DNA of 60,234 bases, counting the filler, from an uncultured bacterium (lineage in GTDB: Bacteria > Latescibacterota > UBA2968): NCBI GenBank assembly GCA_964471275.1. It is 2 parts of 2 records of this genome, joined end to end, with 100 filler letters (N's around TTAATTAATTAA, not from the genome) between each part and the next. Parts side by side here need not be neighbours in the genome. Positions count along the whole stretch, not along the records: positions 30,869 to 60,234 come from CAYYGZ010000024.1; 1 more part is not named here. One strand, 5' to 3'. Below, one piece after another: positions 48,812 to 58,051 of the stretch; position 1 is the first letter of the stretch, and the number at the start of each line of letters is the position of its first letter. Under the pieces are notes generated by a model. The model made no database searches, had not been told where the DNA came from, and was given only the letters and a program-made list of their open reading frames with translations. The position numbers were made by a program, and so were the translations under genes.

Positions 48812-49273
48812 TCACCGAACGGTGTCAGTCGCATCTACGGAACCATCCCCATCGATGTCGAGTGGGGGACCACGGAACCCCGCTACCGAAAAGTCTGTCG
48901 CATCGCCTTGTGAGGTCGCCGCCGCTGTGCTGTCGGGGGTGCCCGTTCCGTCTGGGTCACCCAGTTCCTTTCAATTCGTAAAGCCGTCACCATCGGAGTC
49001 GCGGGCAACGAGATCAGCCCCACAGAGCACATTCCCGGAATCGGACACAGAGGACAGGAACTCGCTCTCGATGCTCTGCCCAAAAGGGTTGCGACCGTCC
49101 CCACCCTCTTCGGTTTCATGGCAGGTTGCGCACCCGAACACACTACCGTTCGGAACCTGAGCTACCCGATGCGGACGGGCACGCGCATCGCTCTGCCAGA
49201 ACACGATGAAGATGGCGACAACGATACCGATTACCATTCGTGCTGATGAGTGTGTGGTACGTATCCAACCCAT
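48812..49273 (-). pseudogene. Paralog of the CxxCH/temptin-like N-terminal domain with in-frame TGA at 48971-48973
   Basis: ARPHRVAQVPNG..FGCATCH...GRNPFG...DSDGDGFTN*KELGDPDG aligns with ARPSRVSQLPNG..FNCGTCH...PRNAFG...DSDGDGVTNGAELGDADG. Confidence 0.75.
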
Positions 49274-49451
49274 CCTCGAACCGTGCGAAACCCGGCCGTT
49301 CTCCGATACCGATCCTCTTTCTGATAGAACTCGCAAATGGAACCAAACCTCTGGCAGATTCGAAAGACCGAAACTTGCGGAACGACCAGACTGCCGTTAA
49401 ATATAGTCGGCAGAGCGACGCGAGGGGGATGCATCGTGGAGCAGCCGGTTT

Positions 49452-49580
49452 TGACCTGCCCCCCTAGAATGTTCCCAGTCCTGAAGTTAGGGTATGGGAC
49501 AAATAACGGGGGTTCCCGTGGCCAGAACGCATTATACAGCTCCTAACTCTGGATGTGGACACATAGATGGGGGCAGGTCA
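49452..49580 (+). mobile_element. 129-bp miniature IS3 derivative (MITE-like)
   Basis: Starts TGACCTGCCCCC, ends GGGGGCAGGTCA; left part matches the IS left end at 29130, right part matches the IS right ends at 29183 and 31187. Confidence 0.85.
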
Positions 49581-49634
49581 GGGGCGCCTCGCATTTGGGC
49601 AACCAGACTCCGTCTCCCATTCGCCTCCCTCTGT

Positions 49635-49663
49635 TTGACACCTTCCGGCCGATCCGCTACCAT
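49635..49663 (+). promoter_or_regulatory. Putative sigma70 promoter
   Basis: TTGACA-N17-TACCAT. Confidence 0.65.
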
Positions 49664-49692
49664 TCGCCCCTGTCGATGAAAGGACAACACGA

Positions 49693-49950
49693 ATGACACA
49701 GGAGCAAACACGTGCTCTGCAGGCAAGTCTCTTCGAGATGATGGAAAGTATCGAGCAGAAGAATCCGATCCTGGAGCAGCTCGATACAATCGGCAAACTG
49801 CAGATGGAGATAGAAGCAACGGCTCCCGCGCAACTGAACCACTTTCTTCAGAATCGAAGCTACGCGAAGGCACTCGAGTTCCTCCAGAGCGGAACCATTA
49901 TAGAGGTCCCGAATCGCCCCGAGTGTGACGAAGAAGAGGCACATCCCTGA
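49693..49950 (+). CDS. Hypothetical protein
   Basis: RBS AAGGA, upstream promoter, TGATG coupling to next gene; LNHFLQNRSYAKAL segment. Confidence 0.7.
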   Translation: MTQEQTRALQASLFEMMESIEQKNPILEQLDTIGKLQMEIEATAPAQLNHFLQNRSYAKALEFLQSGTIIEVPNRPECDEEEAHP

Positions 49951-50252
49951 TGGATGAGAAACGTGGCGTGAAAGGAATCGCACGCTTTCTGTTTGCGGAA
50001 GGCACCGATGATGACAAGCTTCACCTGCACGTGTCAGAGGTCGATCCTGGGACAAGCGCGCACCCTCCTCACAGCCACACTGGGCAGGAGATCTTCTACG
50101 TGATGAGCGGGCGGGGCGAGGTTCTCGTCGGCGATCACACCCACACGCTCGAGGCAGGGGAGGCCATACAGGTCGAATGCACGGTTGAGCACGGGATCAG
50201 AAACATTGGTGACACGGCGATGCGTTACGCTGTCATCATCGCCCGAGGCTGA
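49950..50252 (+). CDS. Cupin domain protein
   Basis: HPPHSHTGQEIFYVMSG and VEHGIRN motifs. Confidence 0.88.
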   Translation: MDEKRGVKGIARFLFAEGTDDDKLHLHVSEVDPGTSAHPPHSHTGQEIFYVMSGRGEVLVGDHTHTLEAGEAIQVECTVEHGIRNIGDTAMRYAVIIARG

Positions 50253-50389
50253 CCTTCACGCTCCTGCCTTGACACACGCACCGCCAAGTGACCTTGTTCG
50301 CATGGGAGGGCACTTCGGTGATCATATATCCCCACACACGAGACCCGTTTTATTGTCGGTTCACACATTTCACGCCCGAGGAGGCACCG

Positions 50390-51154
50390 TTGATTAAGTC
50401 AATTCGCGACAAGGCTCTGAACCGGGAGCTGGCAACAGGAACGTTCATAAACCTCGGGAACACGATGACCGTCGAGATGGCCGGGTCCGCAGGTTTCGAC
50501 TGGGTCCTGATCGATGTGGAGCACGGTGCCGGAGATCAACAGTCCCTGGTCACCCAGATACAGGCCGTGTCGAGCACGCCCGCTGTTCCGATCGTCAGGA
50601 TAGAGAGCAACGAACCCCCTCGATTCAAGCGCGTGTTGGATCTTGGTGCGTCAGGCGTTATGGTGCCCTACGTCAGCACCGTGGAGGAGGCCGAACAGGC
50701 CGTCGCGTCCATGCGCTACCCTCCCCGCGGAATCCGGGGAGTCGCCAAGCTCAACCGAGGCAGCGCGTTCGGGGCCGAATTCGAGGAGTATTTCGAGCGG
50801 TCGCACGAGTTGCTGACGACGATCGTTCAGATCGAAACCCTCGAAGCGTTGGAAAACATCGACGGGATCGCAGCAGTCGACGGTGTCGATGTGTTGTTCA
50901 TCGGCCCGCTCGACCTGAGCGTCAACATGGGGATCCCACAGGAGTTCGATCACCCGGATTTCCTCGCTGCAAAGGCTAAGGTTGCCAAGGCCGCCCAGAA
51001 TGCAGGCAAGTCTTCTGGTATCCTTCTCTTGAGCGCAGAGCAGGTTCCATCGACGCTCGAGGCGGGCTTCACGTTCGTCGCTCTGGGATCCGACGGGGGC
51101 CTCGTGGCGGCGGGAATGAAGACACTGAACGCCACCTTCGACGCCTATCGTTAG
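50390..51154 (+). CDS. HpcH/HpaI family class II aldolase
   Basis: GFDWVLIDVEHG, YPPRGIRG, QIET, FIGPLDLS; TTG start after GAGGAGG. Confidence 0.92.
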   Translation: MIKSIRDKALNRELATGTFINLGNTMTVEMAGSAGFDWVLIDVEHGAGDQQSLVTQIQAVSSTPAVPIVRIESNEPPRFKRVLDLGASGVMVPYVSTVEEAEQAVASMRYPPRGIRGVAKLNRGSAFGAEFEEYFERSHELLTTIVQIETLEALENIDGIAAVDGVDVLFIGPLDLSVNMGIPQEFDHPDFLAAKAKVAKAAQNAGKSSGILLLSAEQVPSTLEAGFTFVALGSDGGLVAAGMKTLNATFDAYR

Positions 51155-51200
51155 CAGACCAATCCGGTAGCTGCCTCATTCGCTGCCAAGCAATCGCGGA

Positions 51201-51233
51201 GAAAAGGGCGAGAGGAAACTCTCGTCCCTTTTC
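51201..51233. terminator. Intergenic hairpin, terminator-like
   Basis: GAAAAGGGCGAGAG-gaaa-CTCTCGTCCCTTTTC. Confidence 0.65.
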
Positions 51234-51245
51234 ATTGGAGGATCT

Positions 51246-52154
51246 GTGAGTCTACGGAGTGACTTTGATGCCAGAGGTGTGTATGTCTTCGTGATGACGC
51301 CTTTTTTGGACAGGATGAACTCGAAAGGTCATCACAAAGTCGATCTGGTCGGTCTGGAAGACAATATTTCTACGTTCGCGGCAACACGGGGCGACAAGAC
51401 GATGGTGGTCTGCGGGGGATCGGGTGAAATCAACTCCCTGTCCGCGGGTGAGGTGGTCGACATCGCGGCGGCAGCCGTGGCAGGAACGAAGGGGCGTTGC
51501 CAAGTCGTCTGCGGGGTGCGAGGTCCAGATGCGCTGGCTGCGAGAACAGCCGAGCGAATCCAGGATGCGGGTGCGAATGCGGTTTTGATCATGCCGCACG
51601 AGCCTGTCGTCAGGAGAGGCGATCGTGCGCTCTGGGATCGTCATCGGGCCATTGCCCGCGCGATCGACATCGGGTTTCTCCCGTTCCGCGCCCCCACCCA
51701 AACGCTCTCGATTGACCTGATCGAACGGTTCGCTCAGCTTCCAAAAGTCGTAGCGATCAAGGAGGAGAGTGGGGCCGTCGACTGGGTGCGAACAGGCCGT
51801 CGTGTAACGAATGATACCGTTCCGTTTATCACGGGTGGCGGCGAGAACATGGTGCCCTACTACTACCTCGCCGGTGCGGTCGGTTTCACGACGGGAATGG
51901 CGAACCTGACGCTGCCGCTCTCGATCAAGCTCCATAAGGTGGCGGCAGCCGGCCGATGGAAGCAGGCGATGGCGATGCGTGACGCGTTCGAACCACTCAC
52001 GATGATGCGCCAGGAACTGGGCACACCGATGCTGAAGGCAGGACTGGAAATGATGGGCTTGGCAGGAGGGCCCGTCAGGGCGACGGGCGCGGTGCTGGAC
52101 CGGAAGGATCGCACCAGGGTGAGAAGACTACTGAAGCAGAAGAAACTGCTGTAG
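51246..52154 (+). CDS. DHDPS/NAL family lyase (5-dehydro-4-deoxyglucarate dehydratase-like)
   Basis: TPF, GGSGE, Schiff-base lysine in VVAIKEES. Confidence 0.8.
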   Translation: MSLRSDFDARGVYVFVMTPFLDRMNSKGHHKVDLVGLEDNISTFAATRGDKTMVVCGGSGEINSLSAGEVVDIAAAAVAGTKGRCQVVCGVRGPDALAARTAERIQDAGANAVLIMPHEPVVRRGDRALWDRHRAIARAIDIGFLPFRAPTQTLSIDLIERFAQLPKVVAIKEESGAVDWVRTGRRVTNDTVPFITGGGENMVPYYYLAGAVGFTTGMANLTLPLSIKLHKVAAAGRWKQAMAMRDAFEPLTMMRQELGTPMLKAGLEMMGLAGGPVRATGAVLDRKDRTRVRRLLKQKKLL

Positions 52155-52228
52155 AAACCGGAACGATGTTGTTACGGGAAGAGGGACGACGTGATCTACA
52201 TATCCTCACATCTTCTTCCATAGCCTAA

Positions 52229-53053
52229 TCACCTGAGCCCAAACACCTTCTCTGCATTCTCGCGCGTGATCCGGTCGAATGCATCCCTTCCGACATCCAC
52301 TGTCCTGATGTGCTCGATAATCGAAGCGTCCTGATTCTTCCGCAGCTTGTCGGTCGCAAACATCAGTCGGCTCTTCCATCGTTTCAGGAATGCTCTACCG
52401 AACTCGGGATCTCGCGTAATCGCGTTGTAGCCCGATCCCGCCGATAGATCCGCATACAGATTCCTGTATCTCCTAAAGAGCTCGTCCAGCCTGCCGCCCG
52501 GAGCGACGGGGCCCTTCGGATAGCTCTCCTTCCTTGGCACCTTCGCACTGATCTCCCGCCAGAAATACTGCGCGTGCCCGACCCATTTCACACGTGAATA
52601 GGTCTTGACCATCTTCTCGAAGTTGGGCAGTCCCGGCTTGTCGCGGTTGATCCACCAGTCCAGATGCATGGTGATCGAGATTCCCAGTCGATCGCACGCT
52701 TCATACACACGTTGTTGCATCGGATCGTCGACGGGCAACCCGCACAGATTCTCCCCATACCCGACGCACCCCTGGCTCATGTAGTCCTCGATGATGGGGT
52801 AGGGGTCGAATTTCCCTGGATACCGATGCCTCGGGTCCACTGCACACAGCGGATGCAGCCTATCGCGATGCCGACGCGTCATCTTCAGCAGTTCGCGGGT
52901 CGTGACGAAGTAGTCGAGCTCCTCGGGTACTTCGACCGCCATAACAACGGCCTGATCAATCTTGTTCCGATCCATCCACCTGAGCATCGTGGATGGGGTC
53001 ATTCCAGGATCATCGAAGCGTAACTGTCCGAGATGTGTATGCGTGTCGATCAT
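52229..53053 (-). CDS. Amidohydrolase family protein
   Basis: IDTHTH, ADLSAGSG, FATD. Confidence 0.85.
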   Translation of the reverse strand: MIDTHTHLGQLRFDDPGMTPSTMLRWMDRNKIDQAVVMAVEVPEELDYFVTTRELLKMTRRHRDRLHPLCAVDPRHRYPGKFDPYPIIEDYMSQGCVGYGENLCGLPVDDPMQQRVYEACDRLGISITMHLDWWINRDKPGLPNFEKMVKTYSRVKWVGHAQYFWREISAKVPRKESYPKGPVAPGGRLDELFRRYRNLYADLSAGSGYNAITRDPEFGRAFLKRWKSRLMFATDKLRKNQDASIIEHIRTVDVGRDAFDRITRENAEKVFGLR

Positions 53054-53131
53054 AAACTGCTCCTGGTCTCAATCGCGGCTTCGCGTGAGGGTGATCGGGA
53101 AGTGGAACGGTCGTTTTGCTGAGTGAGGAGG

Positions 53132-54286
53132 TTACTTGGCGACTTCTCGACGTCGGAGTGTGTCTACAATCTGCAGAGAAAGGGTCTGAACAGTCTCATC
53201 AAAATCCACGTTCTCAATAGCGGGAACGCTATACGTCTCACCTACGGCGAGGATGTGTTTCTGGATCCTAAGGATCTGATCCAGATAGGCTACATACCTG
53301 TGTTTCGGTCGCTCAGAGGCTTGGAGACCGCGCCGCTTGAACCGCTCCTTGTGTTGTCGGCCCTTGCCGGAAAGGAACAGGTTCACGAAGATCAGTACCG
53401 CCTTCTCTTCATACGGTCCGAGATCGAGTAGATCGGGCAGCAGGTGCGTGCCGTCTACGATCAAGCTCACATTCTCCTCAAGTGCTCTCTCGATCGTCGC
53501 CCGCACACCCACGCAGACGCGGCTGGCCTGATCTTGAAAGGCATAGAGTACCGGGTCGACTCCCCCACCAGGTGAATGGGAAAGCGCTTCCCAGGCCAGA
53601 TAGGAGGAAGTGTGCAGTGTGGGCATCAGTTCCTGGCTGATCGAAAGGCGCATCACTTGACGAATCTCGTCAGTCGAGGACATTCGGGAGATGTTCATCA
53701 GATTTGCCAGGGCGACCGCCACAGAAGTCTTGCCGACTCCCGTCGCACCACCGATCAGAACAATGAGCGGCTGGCTCGAGTCTGAGTTACGAAACTGGTG
53801 CCACACATCGTATCGCTGCGACACGGCCTTCCCGGCGTGCTCTTCGAGAAGCCGCATCGCCTGTTTGCGAATTTGCTTCCGCGATACAACCCCTTTCCTT
53901 CTCTGCACGAAGTCCGCCAGGACCTGCTCGGCTATCCGGTAGGCTCGTTGGTCATCCAGCCCTGAGATCGCCAGAGAGAGTGAGAGCCGCGAACGCGAGA
54001 AGGGCCGGTACCCCCCCTCGTCCTCCTCGACAAGGACCTGACGTTCTCCCGGCTCCCAGAACACGCCATCGCCGATCGTCCTCTCACCATACAGATCGTG
54101 GACGGCGTCTTGCACGCGCTCGAGGAACTCGGACCGCGGTACATCATCCTCTTTCTGGAGATCCGACCGCACGCGATCAGCAACACGGTAGGCCTCGTCA
54201 AAGGTGAACTCGTGCTCGATCAGGTAGTGTGTGAGCATCCCCCGCAGAAAGGGGATTCGTTTTTCGCCATCGACAATGGTTGACAT
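53132..54286 (-). CDS. ATP-cone domain + 2-phosphoglycerate-kinase-like P-loop kinase
   Basis: PFLRGML and PFSRSRL cone-like starts; LIGGATGVGKT, STDEIRQVMR, LHTSSY. Confidence 0.8.
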   Translation of the reverse strand: MSTIVDGEKRIPFLRGMLTHYLIEHEFTFDEAYRVADRVRSDLQKEDDVPRSEFLERVQDAVHDLYGERTIGDGVFWEPGERQVLVEEDEGGYRPFSRSRLSLSLAISGLDDQRAYRIAEQVLADFVQRRKGVVSRKQIRKQAMRLLEEHAGKAVSQRYDVWHQFRNSDSSQPLIVLIGGATGVGKTSVAVALANLMNISRMSSTDEIRQVMRLSISQELMPTLHTSSYLAWEALSHSPGGGVDPVLYAFQDQASRVCVGVRATIERALEENVSLIVDGTHLLPDLLDLGPYEEKAVLIFVNLFLSGKGRQHKERFKRRGLQASERPKHRYVAYLDQILRIQKHILAVGETYSVPAIENVDFDETVQTLSLQIVDTLRRREVAK

Positions 54287-54336
54287 CGTAGCCCAGAGTA
54301 AGAGAGGTAGGCTTCCGTGGGGAGATCGTCCTGATA

Positions 54337-54365
54337 ATAATACGGTGCGAGCACTCCTGAATCAA
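54337..54365 (-). promoter_or_regulatory. Putative sigma70 promoter
   Basis: Minus strand TTGATT-N17-TATTAT. Confidence 0.55.
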
Positions 54366-54418
54366 GCCATCTCAAGGGATGCTTTTGGCGCCCCACCTGC
54401 CTCATCCGAGGGACAGAC

Positions 54419-55857
54419 GTGTCTCACACAACCGTGTTGACGATCAGTAAACGGGTCCCATCCACACACGCTGGCACTGCAGATCTCTTTATGCAAGTGC
54501 CCTCCTGTATGATGCTGCCTAATCGGATCTTCTCCTCCTTTTTGGCAGATCATTTGCTGAGTCAGGCCGCACGGATGCCTGGACCACCGGCAGCGATCTT
54601 CGAGCTTCTTGAGGAGCACCTTGCGGCAGATGTTCTGGCCGCCTCGGACACCAGGACGACGCTTGCCATCGCAGAGGACCTCCCGCTCCGCACATTGTCC
54701 GACCTTGTCGAGGAGAGGGGCCCCGATGACGCGGCCGACCTACTCTGAGATCTGGAGGAACTGGAAGCAAAGAGAATCTTGAACCTGATGGACGAGGAGG
54801 AGAGCGCCGAGGTTCAGGAACTCATGACGACCGACCTGATCGTCTGCCACACCGACGCGACCGTCGCAGAAGTCACCGAGGCCCTCCAGGCAGAAGCCGA
54901 AGATGCCGAGATACTCGAGCTCTTCGTCACGGATGCGGACAACCGTCTCACCGGTATCGTGTCCCTCCATCGGCTCGTCACCGCGCGGCCGGAAACCGCG
55001 ATGGCGCACCTGATGGAAAGAGAATTCGTTACCGTGACTGCGCGGACCAGGATCAGGAAGAGATCGCTCGTCTTTTCACTCGGTACGACCTGTTGACCTT
55101 GCCAGTCGTCGACAGAGAAGGCCGCCTACTCGGTCAGATCACCTTCGACGACGTTCTCGATGTCATCCAGGACGGAGCGACCAAAGACATATACAAGATG
55201 GCTGGTACTCGGGACGACGAGGCCGATCATCCCTCGGTCTTGCGCATTGCCGAGGCACGGCTGCCGTGGCTGGGCTTCTGTCTCTTCGGAGGCCTACTCT
55301 CAGGCTTCGTCATACACCTCTTCGACGTGACGCTCGAGAGGGTAATCACACTCACGGCGTTCATTCCCGTCATCATAGCGACCGGCGGGAACAGTGGCCT
55401 CCAGTCAGCGACCGTCACGATCAGAGGACTGGTCACTGGTCAGGTCGTGCCGGGATTTCTCCTCGGCACCATTTTGTTCGAGCTCGGCGCGGCCACCGTA
55501 ATCGGCGGGGTGTGCGGTATCGCCTCCAGTGCCGTGGCACGGCTCTGGTTCGGAGCAGCTACCGTCGACATCAGCGTCGGGATTTCAATGTTCATCATGA
55601 TTTCACTGGCGATGCTCCTCGGCGTCATCACTCCTCTCGTCTTCGAACGTCTTGGAATTGATCCGGCGATCGCATCCGGCCCCTTCATCACCACAACCAA
55701 TGATGTTGTTGGACTCCTGATCTACCTGAGCCTTGCACGCTCCTCCTCCAACGAGTCCCCTGACTCTCGGCGATCGGCTCACCATTTCGTAACGCCGCTC
55801 GAGCTAAAAAGTACCTTTGGCAAGACGGATTCATTGCCGTATGATACGGCAACCTGA
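54419..55857 (+). pseudogene. mgtE: Magnesium transporter MgtE pseudogene
   Basis: PDDAADLL*DL (TGA 54746-54748), apparent deletion after QELM, frameshift near 55040, then LPVVD..GRLLGQITFDD, RLPWL, GGNSGLQS, DPAIASGPFITTTND. Confidence 0.9.
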
Positions 55858-55879
55858 GACCCGTTACGAAGGAGCGTGT

Positions 55880-56533
55880 ATGTGTCCAAAGTACCTACTG
55901 ACAGGATTGATGGCATTCGCCCTTACTATTGGATCGTCTCCTGCGGGCGCCGACGGCAAACAAGCCGTTACCGGGACGGTCGGGCTGGGAGCATTCGTCC
56001 CGACGGGAGACGACGCGGACGTCTCAAAGGCGAGTGTTGCCCTTCAGATCGGCGCCGACGTGCAATTGGCAGGCAGACTGGGTGTCCAGGCAGAATTCAG
56101 CTGGATACCGATCAACCTGGAGTCGGCGCCCAGACCCGCAAATACCCTCATAGAGGCACGACAGGTCAGTGTGGCAGCCGGTCTCCGCCTGTCGACACGA
56201 CCTCTGTCGATGGGTGACCGGGTCCCTTCCGCCTACATTGCGGGCCGGATTGGCTTCTCGCGAATCGCGGTCACGGCCGACACAACCACTTCGGTTCCCG
56301 GCTGGATCGGTCGACCGCTGGATGCAACCCAAAACCTCCCCGCGTTCAGCTTTCCCACCCGTGTGACCGAGAATGCATTCCTGATTTCTCCACGGGCGGG
56401 CATCCTTCTTCACCCGACGGGGAACACACTTGTCGACATCTCGATCACGCCATCCTTCTTGTTCGACGGTGGCGAAGTCACAACGCAGATAATCGCGACG
56501 ATCGGGTTCGGAATGCTCGGCGACCTGAACTAG
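55880..56533 (+). CDS. Secreted protein, possibly outer-membrane beta-barrel
   Basis: RBS AAGGAG; signal peptide ending AGA; alternating amphipathic beta-strand pattern. Confidence 0.6.
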   Translation: MCPKYLLTGLMAFALTIGSSPAGADGKQAVTGTVGLGAFVPTGDDADVSKASVALQIGADVQLAGRLGVQAEFSWIPINLESAPRPANTLIEARQVSVAAGLRLSTRPLSMGDRVPSAYIAGRIGFSRIAVTADTTTSVPGWIGRPLDATQNLPAFSFPTRVTENAFLISPRAGILLHPTGNTLVDISITPSFLFDGGEVTTQIIATIGFGMLGDLN

Positions 56534-56647
56534 ACTATCCAGTGTCATAGTGGCATTGATACATTGAGCCAGCAGGTAGGGTTGATTTGGGATCGCTGCT
56601 TTCTCTACACGCTGTTGATGAGGCGGTCTCGAATCTGGATGTGTCTC

Positions 56648-56745
56648 AGCCCTGGAACGGGGCGACCGCCGGTAGCCTAGGGTGCGGTCGCGCGGCCAGT
56701 CCGTCGAAAGCGTAGCGAAGACGGACTGCGGGGCAGGCCCTAGGG
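56648..56745. repeat. Nested REP-like palindromes
   Basis: CAGTCCGTC/GACGGACTG (56697/56720) inside CCTAGGG/CCCTAGG (56676/56738); alternative GCGACCGC/GCGGTCGC (56662/56684). Confidence 0.55.
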
Positions 56746-56944
56746 TTGGACGGATAAGTATGAGCTGCGTCGCGATGACTTCTCCGAACCCGCAAAGGAA
56801 TGCCCCCCGGTGTGAATCGTGCAAACACGTGCATCCGATATGGCAAAACATCCGACTCCAGGGAATCTGAATGCTAAGCCCCATTCTGAATCAGTACAGA
56901 CTAGACCCACATAGTCGAATCATACAGGGCAAATCGGTGACAAG

Positions 56945-58045
56945 GTGACAAGGACAACAAGTTCTGTAAAGACCGCAGTGCAGGTTCTTCTCCTCTTCGG
57001 TATTCTCTACGCATTCCTTGTCAGCATCGGTCTCATGGGAGCCTCCTTCAAGATGTTTGGAAAGGGGTTTGCGACCCAACTCGTTGAGACGACCACCAAC
57101 CCGTATGTCGGTCTGTTCGTCGGGATCCTCGCGACAACTCTGGTGCAGAGTTCATCGACGACAACATCCCTCGTCGTCGGGATCGTCGCGGCAGGCGGTC
57201 TTACGACATCCACTGCCGTTCCCATCGTCATGGGTGCCAACATCGGTACAAGCGTCACCAACACCCTCGTTTCGATGGGGCATATTACACGGCCCGTTGA
57301 GTTCCGTCGAGCGCTCGCGGGAGCCACGGTACACGACTTCTTCAACCTGATCGTGGTAGCCGTCCTCTTCCCCCTCGAATTGTCGACAGGCTATCTGCGA
57401 CGTCTGGCCGGGGGTGCGTCAGAGGCGTTCACCGGTATCGGTGGCATGAAGCTGGCCAACCCGATCAAGGCCAGTGTAAAGCCGGCGGTCGCGACGGTGA
57501 CAAATACCGTGGGTGACCATCCGTGGCTGATCCTGATTCTGTCACTGATCCTGATGTATGCGGCCCTCAAGTTCCTGGTCGATCTGGCTCGTGGCCTCGT
57601 CGTCAGCAAGGCGGAGCGGTTCCTGCATCAGTATCTGTTTGGGGCCGCAGGATACGCGATGCTCTTCGGGCTTGTTATGACAGTCCTCGTTCAGAGTAGC
57701 TCGATCACGACATCGCTCATCATTCCGCTGGTCGGGGCCGGGATCCTTACAGTGGAACAGATTTTCCCCTACACATTGGGTGCAAACGTCGGGACCACGG
57801 TCACGGCGATGCTCGCGGCCCTATCCACGGCCAACGTATCGGCGATTACGATTGCCTTCGTGCACTTCTTCTTCAACCTGAGTGGGATCCTGCTGGTATA
57901 CCCGATCGCCGCGATCCGCAGGATTCCGATCCGGTTGTCGCACGTCCTTGCCGAGTTCACCCACGGATCCCGCACGTGGGCGATCATTTACCTGATTGCC
58001 GTCTTCTATGCGCTCCCCCTTTGTGTCATCTTGATCTGGAGGTAA
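56945..58045 (+). CDS. Na+/phosphate cotransporter (NptA/SLC34 family)
   Basis: Two QSSS repeats each followed by GANIGT/GANVGT. Confidence 0.93.
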   Translation: MTRTTSSVKTAVQVLLLFGILYAFLVSIGLMGASFKMFGKGFATQLVETTTNPYVGLFVGILATTLVQSSSTTTSLVVGIVAAGGLTTSTAVPIVMGANIGTSVTNTLVSMGHITRPVEFRRALAGATVHDFFNLIVVAVLFPLELSTGYLRRLAGGASEAFTGIGGMKLANPIKASVKPAVATVTNTVGDHPWLILILSLILMYAALKFLVDLARGLVVSKAERFLHQYLFGAAGYAMLFGLVMTVLVQSSSITTSLIIPLVGAGILTVEQIFPYTLGANVGTTVTAMLAALSTANVSAITIAFVHFFFNLSGILLVYPIAAIRRIPIRLSHVLAEFTHGSRTWAIIYLIAVFYALPLCVILIWR

Positions 58046-58051
58046 TCAGCC

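Noticed and set aside
29091..49580. CRISPR-like repeats (recurring GGGGGCAGGTCA)
   Set aside because: Four dispersed copies explained as IS3 terminal inverted repeats; no regular spacers or cas genes
28106..54748. UGA-to-Gly recoding (genetic code 25) suggested by three TGA codons at likely Gly sites
   Set aside because: Many intact genes end in TGA with start overlaps (3711, 4541, 7804, 8925, 20757), no intact gene has internal TGA, and mgtE has other independent lesions
56024..56884. 286-aa minus-strand ORF, and similar long shadow ORFs (33812-34579, 40211-41074, 43350-44408)
   Set aside because: Antisense to well-supported genes or running through palindromic repeats; expected in GC-rich DNA
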